Source: Eledone cirrhosa
Taxonomy: Eukaryota
DNA: 64,000 bases
Direction: 5' to 3'
Assembly (NCBI GenBank): GCA_964016885.1
Contig: CAXHJY010001609.1
Location: forward strand, 124,001 to 188,000
This document shows, one piece after another, positions 11,251-26,167 of the stretch. A model generated the notes under the pieces. The model was given only the letters and a program-made list of their open reading frames with translations. It searched no databases and was not told where the DNA came from. The position numbers and the translations under genes were made by a program. Position 1 is the first letter of the stretch. Every line of letters begins with the position of its first letter.

Positions 11251-11639
11251 CCCTCAGCAACAAAATAAGATTGTGTCTCTATAAGAAATCTTAATGACAA
11301 ATATGAAGTAGAACTTTCTACAGGGTGTATTTGTGGATTACAATACAAAACCTGAGAATAATTTCCAACATATTTCACCATAATAAATGTTCATTAATAT
11401 ATATTATTATTTTGTGGCATTCTTGAGATCATTAATCCCCAGCTGAACATCCCTAGACATCTGATCTATGTAGGTCATTTTCAGTCATCTCACTAGGGTC
11501 TTACTATGTTTAGGTATCCATCACAGGAGCCAGCTTATCAGGTCATCCCTTCATTGGTAGGAATGTCTGGCAGATATTGTAGTAATCTTCAATATATGGC
11601 AGTATACTTCTTCCATTTGATAGAGTATATATATATATA

Positions 11640-12080
11640 GATGCATATGAAGGATGACAGCTGCATTAAAAGGTGCAGAGCACTAAATGTCACTGGAAGC
11701 CATGGAGTGGGGAGATCCAGGAAGACCCAGGATGAGGTGATAAAAGCTGACCTTGCCCAATTGCACCTCTCGAAAGCGATGACGCAGGATGGTGCCCTCT
11801 GGCAGTAATACAGAAGACCTGACTTCACACGGATACAAGCCGAAGCTGAAGCATATAGACAAATATGTCACCATCCCCACCCACTGCAAAGTGGTCAACA
11901 AAAAAGCACCCAGCCCCCAGAGTAAAGTGGCTGTGTAGGCACCATGGTAAAAAAAAGCACCTAGCACACACAGTAAATGAGGTTTTGTGTTAAGAAGGAC
12001 ATCAAGCTGTAGAAATCAAGCCAAAATCAGTTCCCGTACGAGCAAGACGAGGTCACATGACGTAAAACGGTGATGATGAT
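11640..12080 (+). mobile_element. RTE LINE 3' end
   Basis: MKDDSCIKRCR...GRSRKT remnants, UTR shared with 41915-42418, GATGATGAT tail. Confidence 0.8.
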
Positions 12081-12177
12081 AAGTATAAGATAAGGATTTT
12101 TCAAGCTTCACATTTTATATTCTTCCTTCCAGAGTGTATCTGTATATTTGTGTGTTTCACATTTCACAGTGATGGGG

Positions 12178-13628
<1,451 letters not shown>

Positions 13629-14576
13629 TTACATAAAGGATTCTGACCACTTTTACTGATACATTAAGAAATGTAGGTATCGTTAATAGATGCCATGTAT
13701 TCTAATATACAAAGGTTCCATAAAAGACTGCAGAAGTCCACTTTCTTCTTCTACAAGTTGTAATGTTGGTACAAGTAATAAGACATATGTCAGTGTAAGA
13801 CTGATCTTGGATGAAGAAAAGGCAAGTGCTTATATATATGTGTGTGTGAGTGTGTTTGATTATTGTGGAATATACCACCATTATTATTGTTAAGGTGAGA
13901 GAAGCTCTATTCACAATAAAATCCTCAGCTCATAAAACAGACGAATAAGACTTCTATAGTTAAGGTTCTTGTTATTGAGGACAGTTCAAGTGACAAGAGA
14001 ATTAATATCCATAATTTCAAAAGATGAAGGTTAATATATATACATATATATAAATATATATACAGACATACAGTGTGTAGGTATGAGAGAAATAAATAAA
14101 TAGACATGTGTGTAGAAATATGTGTAGGTGTTGTAATAAACAAGATATTTCACTTCAGATAGAAAAGTTCACAATGTTTGTGTTGTGGTGGAAAAGGAAA
14201 TAATACGTACTTTAGTTGTCAAGACCAAATATAAAGTCAAGAAAAGTTAGTAAAAACTAAATGTTCACTGATTTCTGATTAAAATAATATTTTCCTGTCC
14301 TGTAAAATGTTGAACAACCACTTCAATATTTAATAATACAGGTGATAAAACAACAACTATAAGGTAAATAAGTCACCTTATGTTGTTTACAAACATTAAC
14401 GTCCACCTTAATATGAAATAATCACCATAAAAGATAAAATTAGATGAGGTTTAAGTTGTAACAATGGAGCTGATATAAATGGTAATATTTCACCGTCTAG
14501 TTGACACCGGTGTCATGACTTTAAAGTCCCCCACATAATTTAATACATTCAGAAACAACTTCCGTTATATGAACTT

Positions 14577-14721
14577 GCAGAAAACCACCCGAAGGTAGCA
14601 TGTGTAGTGTGTATATTGATATTATACGCAGGTATATATGATACATGTATATATATGCCTGCGTATAATATTATAATATCAATATACACACTACACATGC
14701 TACCTTCGGGTGGTTTTCTGC
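14577..14721. repeat. ~145-nt near-perfect hairpin followed by a direct copy of part of one arm (14722-14760)
   Basis: GCAGAAAACCACCCGAAGGTAGCATGTGTAGTG... pairs with ...CACTACACATGCTACCTTCGGGTGGTTTTCTGC. Confidence 0.88.
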
Positions 14722-14814
14722 TAGCATGTGTAGTGTGTATATTGATATTATACGCAAGTATATAAATATACAGGTAGATATGATACATCAAATAAAATCG
14801 TAATTGATAATATA

Positions 14815-15003
14815 TAATTGTTTCTACGTTAGGCACAAGTCCAGCAAACACCAGTGTATTACTGGTACTTTATTTTATCGACCCCGTAAGGATGAAAGGC
14901 AAAGTTAACATCGGCGGGATTTGAACTCAGAATGGCAAGGGGCGTAACTCTATGCGTCAAAGCATGGCGTCCGACCCTCTACCAATACTGCCAATCCACC
15001 GCC
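14815..15003 (-). mobile_element. tRNA-derived SINE family A
   Basis: Reverse box A/B (CTGCCAATCC, GGATTTGAACTC); matches 15534-15714. Confidence 0.8.
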
Positions 15004-15154
15004 TTGACAATATATAATACACAGAAATTGAACGAAGACTGTGTTACACTGTCTTATGTAATCAGTAACGTAACCCATGATACATTAAAAAAGACGATAT
15101 TATATATAAACTGCATTAGGAGTAAGTTAGTGACAGAAAATTAATAGTTTATTG

Positions 15155-15178
15155 AAGTGATGGCCAACCGGAAGTGTT
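15155..15178. promoter_or_regulatory. Possible promoter motifs (ETS CCGGAAGTG next to YY1-like GATGGC)
   Basis: AAGTGATGGCCAACCGGAAGTG ~1.5 kb upstream of the ZNF ORF; motif match only. Confidence 0.25.
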
Positions 15179-15533
15179 GACATTTCAGAAATTTTAAAGA
15201 AGTGAATTTTTAAACAAACAAAATATATTTAATCAACAGCCACGAAATTTAGTAGATAAATTATGTAATATTCATTCATTATTTATTCAATGTAATCCAA
15301 CTTATTTTACTAATGGGATAAACAATTATAAACCGTCCGCAGTCCCACGCTCCTCCTTTTATTATAATTTAGATTCATACGTTCACTAGATATGCTAGAA
15401 CTTTATTCAGATTTGAATAAATAACGTTATTAATGTTATATAACTGTTCATATTAAACCAAAACACATTATTAAAGGTAATAAAAGATTTAAGTAATGGA
15501 GAAAAAAAAAAACGAACCAAACAACGAAAATAA

Positions 15534-15714
15534 TTGTTTCTACTTTTGGCACAAGGCCAGCAATCATCCTAGTGCATTACTGGTACTTTATTTTATCGAC
15601 CTCGTAAGGATGAAACGCAAAGTTAACCTCGGCGGGATTTGAACTCAGATCATAAAGGAAGGTAACTCTATGCTACAAAGCATGGCGTCCGACGCTCTAC
15701 CGATACTGCCAATC
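15534..15714 (-). mobile_element. tRNA-derived SINE family A with 12-bp TSD
   Basis: TSD CAACGAAAATAA at 15522-15533 and 15715-15726; the paralogous site at ~8821 is empty. Confidence 0.88.
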
Positions 15715-16481
15715 CAACGAAAATAACGGGAGAGGGACAGACTTTATATTTCAGTCTGAGCTGTGATTCAGCCCCACCCTACAGACAAAATGGCAAAGGT
15801 GTTACCACAGAGAATAGCCAGAGACACCCACTACAACAACACCCCACCTCATGGGATTACTTCCTCAAGTGGGCTGCTGTCTTTCTAATTTTGAGAAGGG
15901 GGTCAGCAGTGGAGGTGGTTTGTCAGGCCCCGGTATTTAACTATCTCCCTCTTCTCTCTATTGCAGGTAGTAAAGCCTGGGTTTGTGGCTGCAGGGAAAA
16001 TGTTGGAGGCAGAGAATGATCCAACCCATGCTAAACCTCCAACTAAAGCTGATACTTGTCTTTTTCAGCTGTGGAGATTAGAGACATGTGGAATGATGTG
16101 TCTTGCTTAAGGACACAATGTACCTCCCTAACTGACAATTGAAAACATGATATTACCATATGTTGTATGACTTCACTATACAATATATATGTGTTTGTAT
16201 ACATATATATAGTATATATTTGTGTGTATACATTGTCTCATTCCATGAAAGTAACTTGGTCAACCTATGAACTCCTCATCTGACCATTCTATATGTATAT
16301 ACATGTTTGTCAGTGTGTGTGTACATATGTATATAGAATATTGTCACAACTACTATATACACCACATATACACTACATATAATATTGTCCAATATATATA
16401 GACTATATGTCATGTTGTCCAAGGGAAAGGCTGATATAGATCAGCACCAGTGACATTACAACTATTATATACACTATATAT

Positions 16482-19400
16482 CATCATCATCATTATCATT
16501 TAATGTCTATCTTCAACGCTAGCATGGGTTAGACGGGAATTGTCCTACTTCAGGCAAGATTGATCGGGTGACCGTGTCTCACTCATATAAGACTATATCT
16601 GGCAGGTTTTCTAAGGCTGGATGCCCTTCCTAACACCAACCACATTTCCAGTGTGGACTGGGAGCCTTTTCTTGATGACATCTACACTACCTCTTTAGTT
16701 TGGACTGGATGTTGTGGCACCAACATAACTTTACAGAGACAGGGTGGTGTTGGTGCGAGTGGGAGGATGGAGTAGTGTGTGTGGGTTGGGTGTATATTTG
16801 GTTAGGAGGGGCCTACTGACTGTAGGTTAACTTTGCACGTAGGGAAAGCAGGTCTTCTCTGTTACTGTGTGGTGCCATAGATCTCGATCCAGTGACATTG
16901 TCTTAGAGAGGTGTAAGTGTGCAAGGTTGGATTTTATGTTGTCCCAGGTATTTCTGAGTCCACCTACTCCGTAACTTCCATCAATTTTGATCACCCTGCA
17001 CTTTTTTATAAAGCTGTCATCTTTCATGTGCATCACATGACCATACCAACGTAATCTTCTCTCAAGTAAACAGCATCTGATCCCTCTTACTTCTAATTTC
17101 TCAGTTTGTTTATGTTTTGCCATTCGTGTATTACGCATCAAAAGATCATGTATGCTTCATTCCTTTCCAATCTGCGCAGGTCCTCTGCACACAATGCCCA
17201 TGTCTCACTGCCATGTAACATTGCTGTTCGTATGCACGCATCATACAATCTGCCTTTCATTTTTAGAGAGAAACCTTTTGTGTCTAGCAGCGGTATTAGC
17301 TCTCTGAGCTTTTCTCCTCCTGTTCTAACTCTGGCTACTACACTTTCAGAGCACCCTCCACCACTGCTGATTTTGTCACCCAGGCAACGGAGTGTCCACT
17401 ATTTCTAGAGAACCATCTGGGCAGTAGAAGGAGCTAGTATCCTGTGGGTACTTGCTGCTTATTTCATATGAGCATCGGCCACATATAAAATCTACATTCT
17501 TAGATTGTTTACCTGTGATCTCACTACATCTTTTGTGTACCCATAGTTTGCATTTGGGACATAGAATGGAATTTCTTCCTACACCTTTCCTACACACTGA
17601 GCATGGCACCAGTGCCCTATTTTCTTTTCTACATACTGGACCTTTAGTCTTAGACAAGTTAACTTTAAGGCCTTTTCATTCAAGGCCATGCCTCCATTTT
17701 TGGAATTTCTTCTGTAGTTCAGCCATAGATTCGGCTATGAGAGTTAGATCATCTGCATATAGAAGTTCCCATGGGCAGCAGCTCTTAAACCCCTCTGTTA
17801 TAGCCTGAAGGGCAATAATAAACAGGAGGGGGCTAAGGACGAGGCCTTGAAGAACACCTACTTTTATGCTAAATTCTTACTGACTAAATTCTTTGTACAT
17901 GGTTTGTATAGCTCTCCCAAGCCATTCATCTACTCCTACATTTCTAAGGGCCCACCAGATAATGGAGCGGGGGACTCTGTCAAAGGCTTTCTCCAAGTCA
18001 ACAAAAGCTAAGTATAAGGGGTTTACTTTTAACTAGCTAGTTCGCCTGTAGTTGCTGTACAAGAAAATAGCATCTGTGGTACTTTTACATGGCATGAACC
18101 CAAACTGCATTTCATCTAGATCAATTCAGTCTCTGATTAGTTGTGCTATAACTCTTTCTGTGACCTTCATGACCTGGTCAACTACCTTAATGCCTCTATA
18201 GTTTCCCCTATCTAGGGCATCTCCTTTACCCTTGTAGCAGTTAACGATGATACTTCTATGCCAGTCATCTGGTATGACCCCATTCTGTATTACTTGGTTT
18301 ACTATCTGGGTGTCCATAGTATGTTCCACCATTCCAGATGCTTTCAACATCTCAAGAACTATCTCTAAATGCCCAGCTGCCTTGCCTGTCTTCATATCTT
18401 TGATTGCCTTACTTACTATACTACCATTAACTTGCATCGCTGGTCCCGCTATTAGATCGATTTGGGGCAGACTATCTTTTTCCCATTTATTCTCCTTATT
18501 TAGTAGTCTCTCGTAATGACACTTCCAAGCTACCTTCTTATCAGTATCAGTGAGGGCCAGTACACCATCATCATTACAGATACACTTCCCCCTAACAATA
18601 TCACGGTTTTCCTTGACACTTTGTTTTGCGATCCTGAACACCTCACGTTGTAGAACATGCTTGAACTTTCTATTCTCTGCTTCCCTTCTTGCAAAGTACA
18701 ATTGTCTCCTAGCCACCTAATAGTGTTCTCTACTTTCCCCATCCCACAATACTTTCCAAGCCTGATTGTCTCCTCCACCTCCATGTTACTCTCCTCCTGC
18801 CTATAGGTCTGCTCCAGCAACAGATTTCATCTGTTGCCTTCAGCAGGTTAACTTTCAAGAATACCCACTGTTCCTCTATATTGTATGTCTCTAATTGCAC
18901 CTCTTTACTGTCAAAAGCATTAACTAATATGCTTTTAAATTTGTCACTGGCTGTGAGGTCCTTCAACTTCCATCTTCTCCTTAAGGTAGTCCTCCTCTGT
19001 CGTCGAGTATGTCTAGTCCTGACTATGAAGTCACTAACTACTAGGCTATGTTGGGAGGTGAATTCTTCACGGGGGAGGGATTTAGTGTTTACAACAGACA
19101 CTCTGTCCTGTCTTCTAGTAAGGATATCGTATATCTGGTTGGCGTGTTCCCCTGATCTACAGGTGATGAAGTGATTGTCTCGTTTTTTGAAGTTTGTGTT
19201 ACAGATAGTTAGGTTATTAGTGTCACAAAACTCCAGGATCCTGAAGCCTTCCTCATTTCTAATACGAAACCCATAGCCTCCATGGATTCCATCATAGCCA
19301 TTACTATGTTGTCCAACGTGACCGTTTCGATCGGCAGCAATAATTATGTAGTCACTGTCTGTTATTTGGGAGGAAGTGAACATTAGCGACTCATAGAACC

Positions 19401-19490
19401 TGTCCTTTATAACATCAGGTAGACCAGATTGGGGTGCATAAGTGGATATTATTGTCATAGTTGTTCTATTTAGAACTAGGCTTAATTCAA
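16482..19490 (-). mobile_element. Near full-length degenerate RTE LINE (APE endonuclease + RT)
   Basis: YAPQSG...IIAADRNGHVG (EN), KGKGDALDRGNYRGIK, WELLYADD (RT), RRLRWYGHV, (CAT)n tail; many stops and frameshifts. Confidence 0.92.
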
Positions 19491-19494
19491 TTAA

Positions 19495-19711
19495 ATATAC
19501 GTAGATATACACACACACACATATATGTAGATACACACACACACACATATATATATATATGTAGATACACGCACACACATATATATATATATAGCTACAC
19601 ACACACATATATATACACACACACAGATATATTTATATATACATACACACACATCTATATATACATACACACACACACACAGATATATATATATATATAC
19701 ATACACACATA

Positions 19712-19767
<56 letters not shown>

Positions 19768-19819
19768 CACACACACATATATATACATACACAGTCACAT
19801 ATATATACATACATACATA

Positions 19820-19885
<66 letters not shown>

Positions 19886-19918
19886 TACGCACACACACAT
19901 ATATATACATACACACAG
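19495..19918. repeat. Compound (TA)/(CA)/(CT) microsatellite
   Basis: Direct reading. Confidence 0.95.
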
Positions 19919-21351
19919 AACGTGCAAGGAAATCCTGTTTCGTGTGTGAGAAACTATAGTAACTATCGTACCTACATTATAAACACTGGACATAGACTTC
20001 ATTTCTAGCCTATATACATCTCTTAATTATATATACATGTGTAGATCTTTTTATATACACACACACGTAGAATAGGAAAACAGAAAGAAAATATATTTTA
20101 TTGATATCCTTAACAAGTGTTTTATACTTAGACATATCTATTTGTTTAACTATTGTTGTATTGTATGGATGGACAGACAGAACATAATTGCTATTGTGAC
20201 ATCCATAGATGAGGTGTGTGTAATAAAACTGTTCACTGTCCCAAAATAGAAGATTGCCAGGAAAATCACGTCTGTCATCTATGTACCGAACCCAAGAACT
20301 ATTTCCAAAATAAATAGATTCCATGTGGTAAATGTCATGTTTCTCTCTGTCTTCAATGTGCCATAAACTTTCCAAAGATCCCAGGTCAAAAAGAGAGACA
20401 CCATATTTCGATGATGGATGGATTCTAGGAAAAGGGGCAGCTACCAAATTGGTCCTTTCAGTCCCTGGTCTGTGTGCCTTCCTATACCACTGCTGTTGAA
20501 CAACAACACAAACCAACTACCATGTCTTCCCCTACCATTCCTGTTGAAGAACATCAACAACAACAACAAAAATAGACCCTAAATACAGAAGTTGTGGAAG
20601 TTTGACAACTGATTTCTGCTTTAAGCCAAGAAATAGCAGGAAAACAGTACAGACCCCATGACTTTCAGAAACATCTTTTCATGCTCAGAGTTACTGAAGC
20701 ATGGAACCAACTACCTGCATCAGTTGTTAGCTGTCAGGACACTGCATCCTTTAACACCTCCATCCTTCCTGAAATTCTCCAACACTACACCTGATATTCT
20801 CACCTCCATACATGCGCGCATGTGTGTGTGTATCATGACTCAATCACTGTTCACTTTCCTGATATTTCTACATTACTCTATGTACAATACATGCACCTTT
20901 GATGAGTTGTAGTGCACCTGAGCATGATTTTCATTATTATTATTGATTATGGATTGGCAGTATCAGTAGAGTGTCACACACCATGCTTTGCAGCATAGAG
21001 TTATGTCCCTGAACGTTCTGAGTTCAAATCCCACCTTTTATTATAAATCAGCATCATCATCATCATGAAAGGCACTGCTGATTTAATCATGGCACCAGAA
21101 CTAGGGATATTGTCATGTCTTTGAAACCACTACAGAATCCTCTCTATCCTTTGTTTGGAAAGTTTTGTATGACAGGAAGCCCTTCCTATTACCAACCACA
21201 TTACAGAGTGTACTGGTTGTATTTTATCATGTCACCAATACTAGAGAGGTTGTTGTACCCTTCACACATAATCTCCGTAAACTTGTATACAATGTAATAT
21301 TTGGTGTAAATTAATGTTGTTAGTGGGTTGTATCTTTATTTCCTTTTACAG

Positions 21352-21494
21352 ATCTGTATGTCCCCCATGTAAGATTAATAAAGCCACCAATACATCCAAA
21401 CCATGTCAACATAAAGTTGATTGTGGAAAATGTTGTTCCACAATTGAACATTGTACACAGTGTGGAATGACTGTATGTACGGTGGATGGATTTA
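21352..21494 (+). CDS. Exon encoding a RING-HC (C3HC4, IAP/MIB-type spacing) finger
   Basis: TCCTTTTACAG acceptor, GTAAGT donor; SVCPPCKINKATNTSKPCQHKVDCGKCCSTIEHCTQC. Confidence 0.75.
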
Positions 21495-21534
21495 GTAAGT
21501 AATTATTTGATAGTCTGTCTGTATATTTCCATTC

Positions 21535-22050
21535 ATGACTTAGTGGTTAGTGTGTTTGTCTCGTGATCATAAGGTTCTGAGTTCAATTCCCAGGAACATA
21601 TTGTATCTTTGAGCAAGACACCTTATTTCATGTTACTTCAGTCGACTTAGATGGGAAAATGAGTTGTATTTGTAATTCAAAAGACCAGCTTTGTTTCATA
21701 CTTTGTTATGCTGAATCTCCCTGAGAATTATAATAATGGTGACCGTTATTGTTGCTGTAATTCAATGGTCCAGCTATATCACATACAACATATCACTGAA
21801 TCTCCCTTAGAATCACGTTAAGAGAACATATGTCTGTGGAATACTCAGCCACTCTCACTATAATACAAGATGGACTGTACCTGTAATTAAAAGGATCAGC
21901 TTTGTCACACACTGTGCCATACTGAAGCTCCCTGAGAATTACGCTACAAGTGTACATGTCTATGGAATACTCAGCCATTTGCACCTTAATTACATGAGTA
22001 AACTGTTCTGTTATTCAAACAATTGGAACACTCATTGTTAGAACTGACAG
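21535..22050 (+). mobile_element. tRNA-derived SINE family B (CORE-like) with repeated 3' segment
   Basis: TTAGTGGTTAG box A, GAGTTCAATTCC box B, TTGAGCAAGACAC.TTATTTCA core, repeated CTGAATCTCCCTGAGAATTA. Confidence 0.7.
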
Positions 22051-22972
22051 ATGTCTAAAAGACAGGTGTAACTTCTACTTCCTCAAATTTTCAGGTAGTT
22101 GGCTTCTCCCGCTACTGATGTCCACTGTATTAATGGAGAGGTCAGCAAAGATTTGAGAAACTATGATTTATTTATATAAGGGGTCTGTAGGAGATAATTT
22201 ATAATGTTGGGGTCATTTCATGGATCCCTTTCAGATATTTTCACAGCATTAATGTAGAGATGACTTGTTAAAGGTAGCTAATGAGGATTTGTGTAAGTGT
22301 ACAGTGTTTTAGGACACCTGTTATCACTTTCCTTCTCACCTGTATAGAATAATCAGTGCTCACCGATAAGATCCTGTATCATTATGGAGGACACATGACA
22401 TGTAAATATTTGTAAATATTACAAGAATCAGATGACATTCTGGTGAACACAGATGTGGTCAGTTTAAACTAAAGATATCCAACATCAACCTTTCTCAAGG
22501 AAAGCAGGTGTATCTACTCCTATTTCATGTAGGCTATCATAAATTTGTGGCTAGGTCTTTGACAACCAGCTTGGCTGATAGAATTAAGAAGAAAATAAAC
22601 AGAATATTTATTAGTAAAATACAGAGATGAGAGGACAGTGATGCTATATTGTAGATTTGGCATAAGTGAAAGACAAAGCTAGGAGAAAAACAAATGTATA
22701 ATCAGCTGATAGTGGAATGAGATAATTATAATTATGTAATATAAGATGTTTTTATAGATAGAAAATATTTATAAAGTTTAACATATTTTATTGTGGGCCT
22801 AAATACTCAGATATGACCTGATATAACAAGAAGAGAAAATATTGACTAAAGCCATTGTCATCACTAGTTGACTTCTGATGATAGGAATGTCTGAAAATAT
22901 AAAATATAGATTATAAACAGGAATAGAAAATCTTTACAGTAAAATGAAAAAAACTGGGAAATATTTTTCCAG

Positions 22973-23044
22973 GGTCTCAAAAGCCGAATGAGAAAGTCCT
23001 TTGTAAGGTAGCAGGACTGTTAGGAATAAATTGGTATGAAGTTG
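22973..23044 (+). CDS. Exon encoding the N-terminal part of a Death domain
   Basis: TTTTTCCAG acceptor, GTGAGT donor, phase 1-1; SQKPNEKVLCKVAGLLGINWYEVG. Confidence 0.72.
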
Positions 23045-23679
23045 GTGAGTATAAGATTACAGTATCTTGTTGATTTCTATAAAGTTTACTTTTAACTGAA
23101 TTGGTAAAAATGGATAAATTAGAAGACACAATATAACTAATATTGTCTTCTAAAACAGGGAATAAAAATGTGTTGGTGTATTGGGGTAAACAAGTGAGTT
23201 AATGGGAATGTTTTTGTTTGTTTTTATTGAAACATATTTAATCTACAGATAGGTTGTTATTGTTATTTAGTCTCGGTTCTGCCATTATCTGCAGATTTAT
23301 AATGGAGGGTGTTCCAGGTGTGACCACCCTACATTATTCCTAGAGATTGTTACTCCTTCATTCTTCAGTCATCTTTGTCTTATGAGATGGTGTAGTCTTA
23401 TTGTTAAGGTTATGGTCTTCCTTTGTCCACACTCTCTACCAAACGCTTCCTTCTCTGGAAAAAGATTTAATATTCACAACCATCTGTCTATTTGTTTTCT
23501 GATGAGAATAAAGTTAATCTAGCTTGTATGTCTACCTGATCAAATGATTGGCTGATATCTTGAAGTCAATTACATGACAGAACTGTAGGAGTCTTGATCC
23601 CTCAAGCCATACCTCTAGCCATCATGTACTCCAAAAGAGTCACCTTGGTGCTACTCAACATGTCCATTAAATTTAGCAG

Positions 23680-25008
23680 CAAGGATGCCCTCTTCTTAGT
23701 GAGACAACTACAAGAGAGGTTCTTAGAGAAGAATAAACCACTATACTTCTGTTGACCTAGAGAAGGCCTTTGATAGGGACTCCCGATCTGTCATCTGGTG
23801 GACCCTAAGGAAACTAGGTGTAGAGGAATGGCTTGTGAGGACAGTGCAAGCTATGTACAGGGGTGCTGTCAGTAAAGTGAGAGTAGGAATGGAGTTTAGT
23901 GAGGAATTCCAGATATAAGTACGTGTACATCAGGGTTCGGTCTTCAGTCCACTCTTGTTGATTATAGTCCTTCAAGCCATAACAGAGGAGTTTAAGACTG
24001 GCTGTCCATGGGAACTTCTCTATTCTAATGATCTGGTTCTTATAGCAGAATCAGTAGAGGAGCTAGAGAATAAATTCTGGCTATGGAAACAGCAGTTGGA
24101 AGCAAGAAGACTGAGAGGGAACCTAGCTAATACAAATGTGTTTATAAGTAGAAGAGAAGACAAAACTCTGATTCCATCAGGGGAATGGCCATGTTCGATA
24201 TGTAGAAAAGGAGTTGGCATAAATTCTATAAAATGTTCACAAGGCAGATCTTGGGTACACAAGGGATGTAGTGGGATAGCAGGAAAACGGACAGGTAGGG
24301 AGAAATACGTATGCAGTAGATGTACAGGGAAATTTGACAGAGATTGCAGTGATAGACACATTTTTCAAATGCAGGTAGGATCTATAGAGGTAGTTGATAG
24401 CTTCTGATACCTAGGTGATCAGATTAGTAAGGGAGGAGGGTGTTCCGAGGCCATAGTATCTAGAATAAGGACGGGTTGGAAGAAGTTTAGGGAGCTGCTT
24501 CCTCTGCTGACAATGAAGGGTTTCTCCCTACAGAAGAAAGGCCGGTTATATGATGGCTGTGTGAGATGTGTGATGCTGCATAGTAGTGAGAAATGGGCAG
24601 CAACTGCAGAGGAAATGTGACGGCCGGAGAGAAATGAAGCAAGCATGCTCCATTGGATGTGCAATGTTAATGTGTGTGAATGACCCAGCATAGACCAGTT
24701 GAGAGAGAAACTGTATAAGAAGGATAAGATGTAGTGTGCAGGAGAGAAGACTGTGTTGGTATGGATGTGTGATATGCATGGCGGGTGACTGCTGAGTAAT
24801 GAAGTGCCAAGAAATCCCAGTGGAAGGAAGACACAGTAGAGGAAGACCACAAAAAACATGGGGAGAGGTGGTGAGAGCAGACCTCAGATCGCTGAAGCTC
24901 ACAGAGTAGATGACAAAGGACCGTGTCAAATGGAGAGATGATGAATAGGACCCATCCCACCCTTGCAAGCAGGGAAAAGAGGATGTAAAATGATGATGAT
25001 GATGATGA
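23680..25008 (+). mobile_element. RTE LINE, RT-to-3' end, degenerate (intronic)
   Basis: DLEKAFD, HQGSV, CPWELLY, Cys/His finger, (GAT)n tail. Confidence 0.9.
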
Positions 25009-25473
25009 GGAAATGTTTGTCACTTGTCATTGATGTCTTGGTAGATTTTAGGCAGAAAGATGACTATTTCAGACACTGATCTTGTGATGTTCTTGAGGGG
25101 TCTTCAATCTCATCCTTTAAACCTTTCCTATGGATGACATGTTGTGAATGTTGGTTATCAATGTTGGATATTTAAATTCTGAACCAGTTCTGACAATACA
25201 AAAACTTCTGCCATTTCTTTGCCATAATTTTCTCAAGTCTATTTTTTTAATCTTGTTCTTCTTTCTTCTCCTCACTTCATCTTCTTTATTTCTGTCGGTA
25301 TCCTTGGAAACATACAACAATATTTTAGAATTTTTATGTTAATTATTTCTATTACTCTACAGCTAGTTACTTTGTTATTTACAACAACCTGTGGTATACA
25401 TATTTTATATAACTAATCTGTTTAATGTTGTTGTTGTTGTAGTATTGGTTTCTTATTGTTTTATATTTTACAG

Positions 25474-25715
25474 GTATTCAATTAGAAGTTCCATCTATTG
25501 AACTTGACACAATCAACCATAACAATCCTAATGATGTTGTGAAACAGGCTTTACTAATGTTACGCAGATGGTGTGAAAAATTTAAACCAGAAGAATGCAC
25601 CATAGCCACTCTGAAAGAAGCTCTAAACACAGCAGATTGTTTTGAGGCTCTTCGTTGTCTAGATTCAGATGAAAACTCATCATCATCATCATCTTATAAC
25701 TTTGTTCCATTCTAG
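25474..25715 (+). CDS. Terminal exon encoding the C-terminal part of a Death domain
   Basis: TTTTACAG acceptor, phase 1; GIQLEVPSIELDTINHNNPNDVVKQALLMLRRWCEKFKPEECTIATLKEALNTADCFEALRCL...TAG at 25713-25715. Confidence 0.8.
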
Positions 25716-25915
25716 CATTAGCTGGATGGGTTGTGTCATCATGGAACGAGACCAGACATTGCTGGATGACGTTTTCAATGACAACCACTTTACAGAGTGG
25801 ATGGGGTGCATTTTATTGTGGAACCCTCATGACTACTTTACAGAGTGAACAAGGTGTGTTTTATTGTGGCAGCAACTCTATCACGCTACACCACCACTTT
25901 ATACCCCTGTGTGTG

Positions 25916-25946
<31 letters not shown>

Positions 25947-26167
25947 ATGTGGGAAAAGGAGGGAAAGAAAGAAAGTGTGAAAAAGAGAAGAATATTTATC
26001 ACCAAATTATAAATAAATAAAATATTCTATTTTGGTAGATTCAGTCGTTTGTTAAATTTATTTGATTTATTTTGATATGTTGTATATATATATAATTAAG
26101 TAGTGTATGTATTATTTCTGTATACACACACAGAAATATATACATACAAATATATATATATGTATAT

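Noticed and set aside
19461-20002. Y/I/H/T- and C/V-rich ORFs
   Set aside because: Microsatellite translations
22095-22300. Possible extra exon(s) between the RING and Death exons
   Set aside because: Candidate frames hit stops or lack a phase-compatible donor; the flanking exons already join in phase
22875-22896. CTGATGA...GAAA as another hammerhead
   Set aside because: No credible stem I or helix III
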